Positions 1 through 8,403 of a DNA stretch of 64,000 nucleotides are shown piece after piece (the stretch's first letter is position 1; the number at the start of each line of letters is the position of its first letter). Below the pieces are notes generated by a model that made no database searches, had not been told where the DNA came from, and worked only from the letters and a program-made list of their open reading frames with translations. The stretch comes from Rhodospirillales bacterium. GTDB lineage: Bacteria; Pseudomonadota; Alphaproteobacteria; Rhodospirillales; Defluviicoccaceae. The translations under genes and the position numbers were made by a program. The DNA is taken from contig JAEULH010000068.1 of assembly GCA_016793925.1 (NCBI GenBank), positions 40,483 through 104,482 of the forward strand, read 5' to 3'.

Positions 1-1196
1 GGCGAGCGCCTGTGCAGCCTTGACCGATGGCGCTCGCGCGGTCACGCCGAGAACCCGCCCGCCGGTCGCGATAACGTCGCCGTTCTCGAGCGCCGTGGAG
101 GCATGGAAGATCATGACGTCGTCGCCGACAGCGGCGGCGTCCGTCAGGCCGCGGATGTGCGAGCCTGGCGCGAAGTGGCCAGGATAGCCACGCGTCGCAA
201 GCACCACGACGAGCGCGGCATCGTCGTGCCAGCGAAGGCTCACATCGCGCAGACGGCCATGAGCACAGGCGGCAAGCGCTGCGAGGAGGTCCGACTTCAG
301 CCGGAGCAGCAGCGGCTGGCACTCCGGATCTCCGAAGCGAGCGTTGAACTCGAGCACCTTTGGGCCATCCGTCGTCACCATGACGCCGGCATATAGGACA
401 CCTTTGTAGGGCCGATCCTCGGCCTTCAGCGCGTCTACCGTGGGGCGGACGATGGTCTCCATGACGGCCCGGGTCAGGGATTCGTCCAGCACCGGCGCCG
501 GCGAGTAGGCGCCCATGCCCCCGGTGTTCGGCCCCTCGTCACCGTCGTAGGCGGCCTTATGGTCCTGGGCCGAAGCCAACGGTACGATATCGTTTCCGTC
601 GACCAGGACGAAGAAGCTGACCTCCTCGCCCTGCAGACATTCCTCGATGATCACCTCGCTGCCGGCTTTGCCGAAAGCCGCCTCGATCATGATATGATCG
701 ACCGCGGCGAACGCTTCGTTCTCGTTGTGGCAGATGATGACCCCTTTTCCCGCGGCCAGCCCGTCGGCCTTGACGACGATGGGCGCGCCGTGGCGGTGGA
801 TGAACTCCTTGGCGGCGTCGGGTTCGTCAAAGCGGCCATAGGCCGCTGTCGGGATGCCGTAGCGCGCGCACAGGTCCTTCATGAAGCCCTTGGACCCCTC
901 GATCATGGCCGCCTTGGCCGAAGGACCGAAGACCGCGAGCCCGGCCGCCTCGCAGAGATCGGCGAGGCCGGCAACCAGCGGCGCTTCAGGACCGATTACC
1001 ACCAGATCGACGGCATGGCTGATCGCGAAATCGACGATTTCCTTGAGCCGGTCGGGTGAGAGCGGGATACACTCCGCGAGGGCTGCGATGCCGGCGTTGC
1101 CCGGCGCGCAGTAGAGGCGGTCGCACAGCGGCGACTTGGCAATGGCCCAGCACAGCGCGTGCTCCCTTCCACCGGATCCAATGACCAAAACTTTCA
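1..1196 (-). CDS. purD: phosphoribosylamine--glycine ligase, C-terminus runs off the window start
   Basis: Manual reverse-complement translation from the ATG at 1196-1194 gives [24 protein letters not shown]...[12 protein letters not shown]...[13 protein letters not shown], which are PurD/ATP-grasp signatures. The frame stays open to position 1. It is absent from the ORF track because no stop lies in the window. Confidence 0.9.
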
Positions 1197-1218
1197 TGAG
1201 AGGTTCCCCAGCGCTGGC

Positions 1219-2652
1219 ATGAAAGCCGATCCTACCACTGGCTCCGTTTCGGACAACCCGCCCGTCCTCACGGTCAGCGCTTTATCTCTGGCGTTGAAGC
1301 ATCATGTGGAGACGGGGTTCTCCCGGGTCCGGGTGCGCGGCGAAATCTCGGGCTTCAAGCTCGCCGGGTCCGGACATGTCTACTTTACGCTCAAGGATGC
1401 CGACGCGGTCATCGACGCCGTCTGTTGGCGGACGACAGCGCAGCGCCTGTCGGTCCGACCCGGCGACGGCATGGACGTGATCGTCTGCGGCCGACTGACC
1501 ACGTTCCCCAGTCGATCGAAGTACCAGCTTGTCGTCGATACGATCGATCTCGCGGGCGAAGGAGCGCTCCTCAAGCTGCTCGACGATCGACGCAAGGCAT
1601 TGGCGGCGGAAGGGCTGTTCAGCGAAGACCGCAAGCGGCCACTTCCGTTTCTGCCGGGAGTGATCGGGATCGTCACTTCGCCGACCGGAGCGGTGATCCG
1701 CGACATGTTGCACCGCTTCGCCGATCGGTTCCCGCGCCGCGTTCTGCTCTGGCCGGTTCAGGTGCAAGGTCAGGGAGCGGCCGAGCAGATCGCTTTGGCT
1801 ATCGCCGGCTTCAACGAAGTGCCCTTGAGCGGACCCGTCCCTCGCCCGGAGGTGATAATTGTCGCGCGCGGCGGCGGCAGCCTCGAAGATCTCTGGGCGT
1901 TCAACGAGGAGATCGTCGTTCGGGCTGCGGCTGCGAGCGTCATCCCGCTGATTTCCGCGGTCGGTCACGAGACCGACGTCACCCTCCTCGACTTTGCGGC
2001 GGATCGGCGGGCGCCGACGCCCACAGCTGCGGCCGAAATCGCCGTGCCCGTGCGCCTGGACCTGCTGAACCAAGTGCAGGCGACCGAGTTGCGGTTGACC
2101 GGGGCGATCTTGCGCTCCCTTGCCGAGCGTCGGACGCTGGTCGACGGCTTGCGTCGCGGCCTGCCGCAGCCGCACCATCTCCTTGAAGCCGCCTGTCAAC
2201 GTCTCGACGATCGCGCGGAGCGGCTGACCGCCTGTTTCAACGCTCACATCGGTCGCCTTGACCGCAACCTCCATCACCTTGCAGCGCGGCTCGCCAGTCC
2301 CCTCCGGCGCCTGGAGCGCGACCGCGACCGCCTTGCGGCGGAGATGAGGGTGCTGCGTTCGGCGCTGGAAGTCATGATAGGTGATCGCGGCCACCGACTG
2401 GCGCGTGCCAGCGACCTTCTCGAAGGGTGTTCGTATGAGCGCACCCTGCGCCGTGGCTATGTCCTCGCCTATGGCGCCGGCGGCCGGCTCATCGGCACGA
2501 TTGATGCGATTGCGCCGGGCGATCGGCTCAATCTTCGCTTCAAGGATGGCGAGGCTGCCGTTCGCGTCGACGCCCGCTCCGGCGGCCGGCCACGAGCGCC
2601 CTCGCCACGCAGGTCGTCGACCCGCAGCGATGATCAGGGTCGGCTCCTGTAG
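1219..2652 (+). CDS. xseA: exodeoxyribonuclease VII large subunit
   Basis: Track ORF 1159..2652. Contains RVRVRGEISGFKLAGSGHVYFTLKD (OB-fold region) and IVTSPTGAVIRD...ARGGGSLEDLWAFNEE, typical of XseA. The ATG at 1219 is preferred because it is divergent from the purD start. Confidence 0.9.
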   Translation: MKADPTTGSVSDNPPVLTVSALSLALKHHVETGFSRVRVRGEISGFKLAGSGHVYFTLKDADAVIDAVCWRTTAQRLSVRPGDGMDVIVCGRLTTFPSRSKYQLVVDTIDLAGEGALLKLLDDRRKALAAEGLFSEDRKRPLPFLPGVIGIVTSPTGAVIRDMLHRFADRFPRRVLLWPVQVQGQGAAEQIALAIAGFNEVPLSGPVPRPEVIIVARGGGSLEDLWAFNEEIVVRAAAASVIPLISAVGHETDVTLLDFAADRRAPTPTAAAEIAVPVRLDLLNQVQATELRLTGAILRSLAERRTLVDGLRRGLPQPHHLLEAACQRLDDRAERLTACFNAHIGRLDRNLHHLAARLASPLRRLERDRDRLAAEMRVLRSALEVMIGDRGHRLARASDLLEGCSYERTLRRGYVLAYGAGGRLIGTIDAIAPGDRLNLRFKDGEAAVRVDARSGGRPRAPSPRRSSTRSDDQGRLL

Positions 2653-2705
2653 GTGCTCCTGTAGGCACTCCGCTCGTACCGACTCGCCGCCGACAGGCGA
2701 CGGTG

Positions 2706-3026
2706 CTACCGGCCGACCGCGCCCCGGTAAAGCATTCCGAGCTCCCGATAGGCGCCGAGACTGCGAGACAACGCCGCCAGCGTCGGGTCGCCCGTCGGGT
2801 CGCAGTTCTGCAAGGCGGCAAGACGCGTGCGGCGCGCGGCGATCGATCCGACCAGCTCGCGTGCGGCACGATTGATCTCTCGGCCGAATGCACGCCGCCG
2901 CCATGCACCGGCATCGCCCCCGGCCACAACTTCATCCAGCGCATTGGCCGGAAGCGGCCCATCATGGCGCAGGAAGAGTGTCTCAACCGATTCGAGCAAC
3001 GACGGGTGACGCGAGGCGGTGCGCAT
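2706..3026 (-). CDS. hypothetical protein (106 aa), co-directional with and downstream of the repressor gene
   Basis: Track ORF with plausible helical composition and an ATG start 5 nt from an AT-rich island. No family recognised. Confidence 0.35.
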   Translation of the reverse strand: MRTASRHPSLLESVETLFLRHDGPLPANALDEVVAGGDAGAWRRRAFGREINRAARELVGSIAARRTRLAALQNCDPTGDPTLAALSRSLGAYRELGMLYRGAVGR

Positions 3027-3085
3027 CGCTTATAGGATTATATTCTTGTGTAAATGTCAAGCGTCGGTCGCCGCGGCCTGCCCGG

Positions 3086-3748
3086 CTATTGGCTGGCCCA
3101 GATTATCCGCGCAAGCCACTCGACGTTCTCGACGGCGATAACCCGATCTTCGTGCTCCGGATTGAGCGAATCCAACTCGATCCTGTGCGCCGTGCGACGT
3201 CGCAGAAGCTTGGCCATGACTTCGCCTTCGCGAGTCTTCAAGACAACCCGGTCGCCGCGACGGGTACTGGCCGTGGGAGAGACGATGATGACGTCGCCGT
3301 CCCGGTAGAGCGGCTCCATGCTGTCCCCACTGATTTCGAGAGCATAGGCATGGGGGTCGCTCGCGTCTGGAAACAGAATTTCATCCCAGCCTGATCCGAC
3401 CGGGTAGCCCGCGTCGTCGAAGTATCCTTCCGTACCGGCCTGCGCCAGTCCGATAAGGGGAACCTTCTGAAAGGTATTCGATCCAGCAGTACCATCCAGA
3501 AGAGCGACGAATTCACCGATATGGGCTCCGCTTGCCTGAAGAACCTTGGCTATGCTTTCTGTACTCGGCCACCGAAGCTTTCCATCCTTCGTCACGCGCT
3601 TGCTTTTATTGAACGTCGTCGGGTCGAGACCGGCTCTTTTGGCCAGGCCCGAGGGCGACATGCCGCGCTGGTTCGCGAGAAGGTCGATAGCCCGCCAGAT
3701 TTCGGAATGCTCGAGCATGGGAACATTGTCATACGAGCTGTAGCGCAA
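3086..3748 (-). CDS. CI/LexA-like repressor: N-terminal HTH plus C-terminal S24 autopeptidase
   Basis: HTH region MSPSGLAKRAGLDPTTFNKSK. Candidate Ala-Gly cleavage site in PLIGLAQAGTEG. Catalytic-type Ser in ISGDSMEPLYRDGD and Lys in GEVMAKLL. Confidence 0.85.
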   Translation of the reverse strand: MRYSSYDNVPMLEHSEIWRAIDLLANQRGMSPSGLAKRAGLDPTTFNKSKRVTKDGKLRWPSTESIAKVLQASGAHIGEFVALLDGTAGSNTFQKVPLIGLAQAGTEGYFDDAGYPVGSGWDEILFPDASDPHAYALEISGDSMEPLYRDGDVIIVSPTASTRRGDRVVLKTREGEVMAKLLRRRTAHRIELDSLNPEHEDRVIAVENVEWLARIIWASQ

Positions 3749-3777
3749 CGCACTAGGAATATATTGCCTACTTACCC

Positions 3778-3805
3778 TTGACGATGGCGTGTAGTCCTAT
3801 ATGAT
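3778..3805 (+). promoter_or_regulatory. putative sigma70-type promoter TTGACG-N16-TATGAT reading rightward into the phage genes
   Basis: TTGACG at 3778-3783 and TATGAT at 3800-3805 with a 16-nt spacer, in the divergent region between the repressor gene and ORF 3847. Confidence 0.4.
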
Positions 3806-3812
3806 GATGCAT

Positions 3813-3827
3813 GTTCGCTTAACGTTC
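3813..3827 (+). promoter_or_regulatory. candidate alphaproteobacterial LexA (SOS) box GTTCGCTTAACGTTC
   Basis: Exact GTTC-N7-GTTC direct repeat. It starts about 8 nt after the putative -10 and ends 20 nt before the ATG at 3847. Confidence 0.5.
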
Positions 3828-3846
3828 TGGGGGGAACGTATCGAAG

Positions 3847-4212
3847 ATGCGTCGTCATCCGTACTGTCCGAAGTCCTATCCCGAATACCCGGCAACCGCG
3901 TTCGAAAACGCCGAAGAGGCGTGGTTCTGGTTCATCCGCTGCCAACAGATGCGTCGCGATGGCGCCAAACTCGACGGCGATCTGGACACGACGGCCCGAC
4001 CCTGCGATCCGGACGATGTCTATCGCGCCGCCGACAGGCTGGTACGCAATGGCACGATCCGCTCGGCACACATCAAGGTTCTGGTTCACTATGGTCACCT
4101 TCAGCGCACGCCGGATCCGCGCTGTGCCGAACAGGTCAAGGCGACGCAGTTTTGGTCCGAGGCGATTGACCGTCTTTCGAGCCCTTTGCGGGCGAAAGGG
4201 ATCATTCGGTGA
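3847..4212 (+). CDS. hypothetical phage protein (121 aa), first gene of the rightward operon
   Basis: Track ORF. Its stop overlaps the next start (GTGA at 4209-4212), suggesting translational coupling. No family recognised. Confidence 0.55.
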   Translation: MRRHPYCPKSYPEYPATAFENAEEAWFWFIRCQQMRRDGAKLDGDLDTTARPCDPDDVYRAADRLVRNGTIRSAHIKVLVHYGHLQRTPDPRCAEQVKATQFWSEAIDRLSSPLRAKGIIR

Positions 4213-4622
4213 CCGCAGGAACCGGCTCCGCAATTCCGGCCGTAGTCGTCTTCGCAGGCGGCACGACCTTGCGTTGGCTCCGCGTTCTGCGGCCGGGCTT
4301 CCGCCATTGTTTCATTGCCGTCGCATCGGGCGGGGGCTGGGTTATCCTCGATCCTCTTTCCCACATGACCAGTATCGCGGTCGTCGAAGGCTACTCTGCC
4401 GATCAGCTTGCCGACTGGTATGAAAGCCATGGGCTGAAGACGGTCAAGACGACGCTCCGCGAGGCGCCCGCCAGAATGGCGCCCTTCGCGCCCGCCACCT
4501 GTGTCGAGGCGGTCAAGCGGGTGCTGGGGATCCACGCCTGGTCCGTCATGACGCCACGGCAGCTCTATGACTATCTTCTGAATAATAAGACAATAAGCAT
4601 TGACATAGGTATATGGACCTGA
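4209..4622 (+). CDS. hypothetical phage protein (137 aa); possible permuted NlpC/P60-LRAT-like hydrolase fold (speculative)
   Basis: GTG start coupled to the upstream gene. The residue order FRHCFIAV...GGGWVILD...ATCVEAV resembles the His / polar residue / C-terminal Cys layout of LRAT-like papain-fold enzymes (HWAIYVG..GYVIH...NCEHFV). This is pattern-level only. Confidence 0.5.
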   Translation: MTAGTGSAIPAVVVFAGGTTLRWLRVLRPGFRHCFIAVASGGGWVILDPLSHMTSIAVVEGYSADQLADWYESHGLKTVKTTLREAPARMAPFAPATCVEAVKRVLGIHAWSVMTPRQLYDYLLNNKTISIDIGIWT

Positions 4623-4628
4623 TAGGGT
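4600..4628 (+). promoter_or_regulatory. putative promoter TTGACA-N17-TAGGGT upstream of the portal gene
   Basis: TTGACA at 4600-4605 and TAGGGT at 4623-4628, in a short AT-rich island at the end of ORF 4209..4622. Confidence 0.3.
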
Positions 4629-4781
4629 ACGCCTGTCGCTCGGGACTGGTGTGTCCGAACTCGCCCTGACAGAAACTGCCACCCCGCGACGCAGATTTCC
4701 CGATATAGGCCGCTTGAAGGAGACCGCCGCGATGTTTGACGCGCCGAAGTCGGTCCTGTGCCTGACCGCTCAGGATAGGCG

Positions 4782-6323
4782 ATGACCTCATCCCGGCTCG
4801 ATCCGAGGGGCATCCTTGAGCGTTATGCGCGGGCACGCCAACGCCGCGCAACCTGGGAGGCGCACTGGCAGGAATGCTATGATTTTGCCCTTCCCCAGCG
4901 CGACAGCATCATCCGGAGAGGACGTCCGGGCGAGAAGAGAACCGAAAAGCTCTTCGATGCGACAGCGCCGGATGCGGTCGATCAGCTCGCAGCCAGCCTG
5001 ATGGCGCAGTTGACGCCGCCGTGGTCGACATGGTTCGGCTTCTGCGCGGGCCCGGATGCCGATCCGGCCCTGCGCAGGGTCTTGGCGCCGGACCTCGAGC
5101 GGATGAGCCGGATCGTCCAGGCTCACTTCGACCGCTCGAACTTCGTGGTCGAACTGCACCAGTGCTATCTCGACCTTGTCACCGCCGGCACTGCATGTCT
5201 GATGTTCGAGGAAGCGGGAACAGGCGAAGAGTCCGCTTTTCGCTTCACCGCCGTTCCCCTTTCCCAGGTCGTGCTGGAGGAGGGAGCGTCCGGTCGTCTC
5301 GACACGACCTTCCGCCGGAGCCAACTGAGCCCGGCGCATGTGCTTGCTCGGTTTCCAGACGCTCGCGACGCCGAGCATCTCGCGGACCTGGTGCGCGAGA
5401 AGTCCGACGCCAGCCTCAACGTCGTCGAGGCCGTCGTGCCGGACGGCCGAGGCTATGCGTATCTGGCGGTCGCGGAGAACGGGCAGGCGCCTGACGGCAA
5501 GGTGATGGTGCTGGGCGAAGGGCGCTTCTTGTCTTCGCCGTTTATCAGTTTTCGCTGGTCCAAGGCTCCCGGCGAGGCATACGGCCGGTCGCCGGTGATG
5601 AAGGCGCTGCCTGACATCAAGACCGCGAACAAGGTCGTCGAATTGGTTCTGAAGAATGCGTCGATCGCAGTCACGGGAATCTGGCAGGTCGACGACGACG
5701 GGGTGATAAACCCGGCGAATATCAAGCTCGTTCCCGGCGCCGTCATTCCAAAGGCCATTGGCTCGGCCGGCCTGACACCGCTCGAGGCGCCCGGCCGCTT
5801 TGACGTCTCCGAGCTTGTCCTCGATCAGGTCCATGCCCGCATCCGCAAGGCCATGCTGGTCGACCAGCTTGGACCGGTGAACGGTCCGCGCATGACGGCC
5901 ACCGAGGTGCTGGCGCGAGCGGCCGAAATGGCTCGGCTGCTCGGCGCCACCTACGGCCGCCTGCAGTCTGAACTGCTGGCGCCCCTCGTCGTCCGGGCGC
6001 GAATGATCCTGGCTCGGCGCGGCGAGATCCCCGATTTGCCGCTCGATCACCGAATGGTTGCACTTGAACATCGCTCACCGCAGGCGCGCCACCAGGCCCA
6101 GCAGAGCGTTCAGAACACAATGCTCTGGCTGGACACCGTCCGCGCGCTGGGCACGGAAGCCATGCTTGCCGTCGACCAGACGGCGGCCGCCCGCTGGCTT
6201 GCGCAGGCGCTGGGGGTCCCTGGCGAACTTGTGCGCGAGCCTGGCGAGGGACTTTCGTTGTCTGAGACCGCCATTTCGTCTCCTTCCGACGCGCATGTCG
6301 CGTCCGCAGGAGGGTGGAGATGA
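4782..6323 (+). CDS. phage portal (head-to-tail connector) protein, T7 gp8 family
   Basis: Several blocks align to my remembered T7 gp8 sequence: LERYARARQRRATWEAHWQECYDFALP ~ YERLKNDRAPYETRAQNCAQYTIP; VDQLAASLMAQL ~ LNNLASKLMLAL; GEAYGRSPVMKALPDIK ~ GESYGRSYIEEYLGDLR; RMTATEVLARAAEM...SELLAPLV ~ RVTAEEIRYVASEL...QELQLPLV. Confidence 0.9.
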   Translation: MTSSRLDPRGILERYARARQRRATWEAHWQECYDFALPQRDSIIRRGRPGEKRTEKLFDATAPDAVDQLAASLMAQLTPPWSTWFGFCAGPDADPALRRVLAPDLERMSRIVQAHFDRSNFVVELHQCYLDLVTAGTACLMFEEAGTGEESAFRFTAVPLSQVVLEEGASGRLDTTFRRSQLSPAHVLARFPDARDAEHLADLVREKSDASLNVVEAVVPDGRGYAYLAVAENGQAPDGKVMVLGEGRFLSSPFISFRWSKAPGEAYGRSPVMKALPDIKTANKVVELVLKNASIAVTGIWQVDDDGVINPANIKLVPGAVIPKAIGSAGLTPLEAPGRFDVSELVLDQVHARIRKAMLVDQLGPVNGPRMTATEVLARAAEMARLLGATYGRLQSELLAPLVVRARMILARRGEIPDLPLDHRMVALEHRSPQARHQAQQSVQNTMLWLDTVRALGTEAMLAVDQTAAARWLAQALGVPGELVREPGEGLSLSETAISSPSDAHVASAGGWR

Positions 6324-6631
6324 GCGAATTCGACTGGTCACCTGGCGCGGAGACGCAGCTTCCGCCTGCGAACGCGGATTGCGCTGCGCAAACCGATGGC
6401 GAGATGGCTGCAGCATATGCGCGCTGTTTCTCGACGCCGGACGGACAGCGTGTTCTTGCCCATTTGCGCCGCCGGACCTTCGCCCGCATCTGCGGCCCCG
6501 ATGCGCCTGAAGCGCTGCTGCGTCACGCAGAAGGCCAGAGACAACTCGTTGCCAGCATTGTCGCCCTCGCCAAGAGAGGCGGCTGGGCGACGCTCTCGAT
6601 TGAAGGCGAGCCTGGAGAGATCGAAGCATGA
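6320..6631 (+). CDS. small conserved phage protein between portal and scaffold (Bbp19-like position; name from memory, unverified)
   Basis: The ATG at 6320 overlaps the portal stop (ATGA) and follows AGGAGG at 6308-6313. The stop overlaps the next ATG (6628). Confidence 0.6.
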   Translation: MSEFDWSPGAETQLPPANADCAAQTDGEMAAAYARCFSTPDGQRVLAHLRRRTFARICGPDAPEALLRHAEGQRQLVASIVALAKRGGWATLSIEGEPGEIEA

Positions 6632-7368
6632 GCGAAAGCAACACCCGTCACGATGAGCAAGCGATTGATCCCGCATCGGTCTCTGCCACCGAGACGTTCG
6701 CGCCACAGGACACACAGCAGCCCGCGCCCGACCATGCGGTTCGGCGTTCTCTGCCGGATCGCTTTCTGGACGACATCACCGGCGACGTGCGAACGGAAGC
6801 GCTTGTTGATGCCTATCTCGACCTTCAGGCCCAACTCGCCGAACTGCCGCTTCGAGAGATACCGAAAAGCCCTGACGACTACGAAATCGAGGTTCGTACA
6901 GACCTGTTTGCGAGCGATGCCGAGGTAAACCGGAAGCTGCATGAGGCCGGTTTCGACCAGAACCAGGCTCAGCTCGTCTATGACCTCGCCGCTTCGCACC
7001 TGCTTCCTATGGTCGCCGAGGTCGCCTCGACATACGAGGCGGAGGGACAGATCGCGAAGCTCAAACAGGACTTCGGCGGCGACGAGCAGTGGCAGGAAGT
7101 TTCCAGGCAAATGCAGACCTGGGGGAAGCGCCATCTGCCCGCTGAAGCGTTCGGAATTCTGGCGACGACGCGTGAAGGCGTCCTGGCGATGCACAAGATG
7201 ATGGCAGGCGGGGAGCCGGCCTTGCTGGGCAACGCCGGCGAGGACAGGGCCGCGCCGACGGAAGCTGAGCTGAAGCAGATGATGCGCGATCCGCGATACT
7301 GGCGCGACCAGGATGCGGCCCTGGTGGAAAGGGTCCGCGAAGGGTTCCGGCAGATCTATGACAATTGA
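6628..7368 (+). CDS. putative capsid assembly/scaffolding protein
   Basis: Acidic, helical 246-aa protein located between the portal and major capsid genes, as T7 gp9 is. The call rests on position and composition. Confidence 0.6.
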   Translation: MSESNTRHDEQAIDPASVSATETFAPQDTQQPAPDHAVRRSLPDRFLDDITGDVRTEALVDAYLDLQAQLAELPLREIPKSPDDYEIEVRTDLFASDAEVNRKLHEAGFDQNQAQLVYDLAASHLLPMVAEVASTYEAEGQIAKLKQDFGGDEQWQEVSRQMQTWGKRHLPAEAFGILATTREGVLAMHKMMAGGEPALLGNAGEDRAAPTEAELKQMMRDPRYWRDQDAALVERVREGFRQIYDN

Positions 7369-7404
7369 GGGGTGAGCGCGTCTGGTCGCGCCGCTCCCCC
7401 CGGG

Positions 7405-7430
7405 GGCGTCGGCTGCCGGCAGCCGACGCC
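7405..7430 (+). terminator. 26-nt perfect palindrome GGCGTCGGCTGCCGGCAGCCGACGCC (attenuator or RNA-processing hairpin candidate)
   Basis: Perfect inverted repeat 37 nt after the scaffold stop, followed by CTGTCTTCC, which is only a weak U tract. Confidence 0.35.
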
Positions 7431-7568
7431 CTGTCTTCCACCGCAGGCGCGCAATCCATGCGACCTGTGAAGGCCAACGTCCGCAGCCGCTGGCCGCAGC
7501 CGTCCGTATAACCGACTCGGCTGTGCTAACGAATTTGACAAGAATCTACCGTTTCAGGAGATATCTAG

Positions 7569-8387
7569 TTGTCACTAAGCATAACTCAATCATTCATAAA
7601 AAATTTCGAAGCACTGGTCCACATCAACTATCAGCAGATGGGAGCGAAGCTGCGGCCAACTGTCCGCACGAAGGACAACGTGATCGGCGCGTCGACTACG
7701 TTCCAGAGAGTCGGCAAAGGCACGGCGAGCACGAAAGCCCGTCACGGCAAGGTTCCGGTCATGAACGTCGACCATGCCCCGGTCGAATGCGTCCTACAGG
7801 ACTTCTATGCCGGCGACTGGATTGATCGGCTCGACGAGTTGAAGACGAATATCAACGAACAACAGGTTGTCGCCAAGGCCGGCGCTTACGCACTGGGACG
7901 CAAGACCGACGAGCTCATCATCGCTCAGTTCGCCGGGGCTACGGCTTCGGTCGGCGTCGACACCGACGGCCTGACAAAGACAAAGGCGCTCGCCGCGTTC
8001 GAAACCTTGGGGGAGGTCGATGTCCCCGACGACGGCCAGCGTTTTGCAGTTGTCGGCTGGAAACAGTGGAGCGAGTTGCTCAACATTCCCGAGTTCGGCA
8101 ATGCCGACTATGTGGGCGACGACGAACTCCCGTGGAAGGGTTCGCAGGCCAAGCGCTGGCTCGGCACGCTCTGGATCCCGCATTCGGGGTTGCCGCTCGA
8201 GGCCGGCGTCCGCTCGTGCTTCTGGTACCACAAGACGGCAGTGGCACATGCGTGCGGTTCCGATGTGCAGACCGACATTTCCTGGCACGGCGACCGCGCC
8301 GCTCATTTCGTCAACAACATGATGAGCCAGGGCGCATGCCTTATCGACGCCGCCGGCGTCGTCAAGATGCCTTGTCGCGAAGCCTAG
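7569..8387 (+). CDS. phage major capsid protein
   Basis: TTG start 8 nt after AGGAG (7556-7560). The 272-aa ORF directly follows the scaffold gene. The N-terminus MSLSITQSFIKNFEALVHINYQQMGAKLR resembles capsid proteins of BPP-1/T7-order prophages as I remember them. Confidence 0.75.
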   Translation: MSLSITQSFIKNFEALVHINYQQMGAKLRPTVRTKDNVIGASTTFQRVGKGTASTKARHGKVPVMNVDHAPVECVLQDFYAGDWIDRLDELKTNINEQQVVAKAGAYALGRKTDELIIAQFAGATASVGVDTDGLTKTKALAAFETLGEVDVPDDGQRFAVVGWKQWSELLNIPEFGNADYVGDDELPWKGSQAKRWLGTLWIPHSGLPLEAGVRSCFWYHKTAVAHACGSDVQTDISWHGDRAAHFVNNMMSQGACLIDAAGVVKMPCREA

Positions 8388-8403
8388 ACTGCGGAGAGCG
8401 AAG

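Noticed and set aside
1282-2904. 540-aa ORF antisense to xseA. Similar long shadow ORFs occur at 10528..11685(-), 46535..49132(+), 49722..52268(-), 57757..60348(+) and 62593..63921(-).
   Set aside because: Each lies opposite a gene with clear family motifs. They are Arg/Gly/Pro/Ala-rich low-complexity translations typical of stop-poor off-frames in ~65% GC DNA, and no family signatures are present.
3027-3060. Perfect TTGACA and TATAAT hexamers on the minus strand just upstream of ORF 2706..3026.
   Set aside because: The spacer is only 12 nt, too short for a sigma70 promoter. Alternative -10 choices at 17-19 nt spacing are poor, so it is not called as a promoter.
3822-3839. Inverted repeat ACGTTC-N6-GAACGT before ORF 3847, considered as a separate operator or hairpin.
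   Set aside because: Its left arm is simply the second GTTC half of the LexA-type direct repeat, and the G-run spacer probably doubles as a weak ribosome-binding site. There is no independent support.
7514-7546. Two GANTC (CcrM) sites, GACTC at 7514 and GAATC at 7542, at the putative capsid promoter, considered as GcrA/CcrM control.
   Set aside because: At this base composition one GANTC is expected roughly every 300 bp, so two in 140 bp is not remarkable. The other island promoters I read lack the motif.
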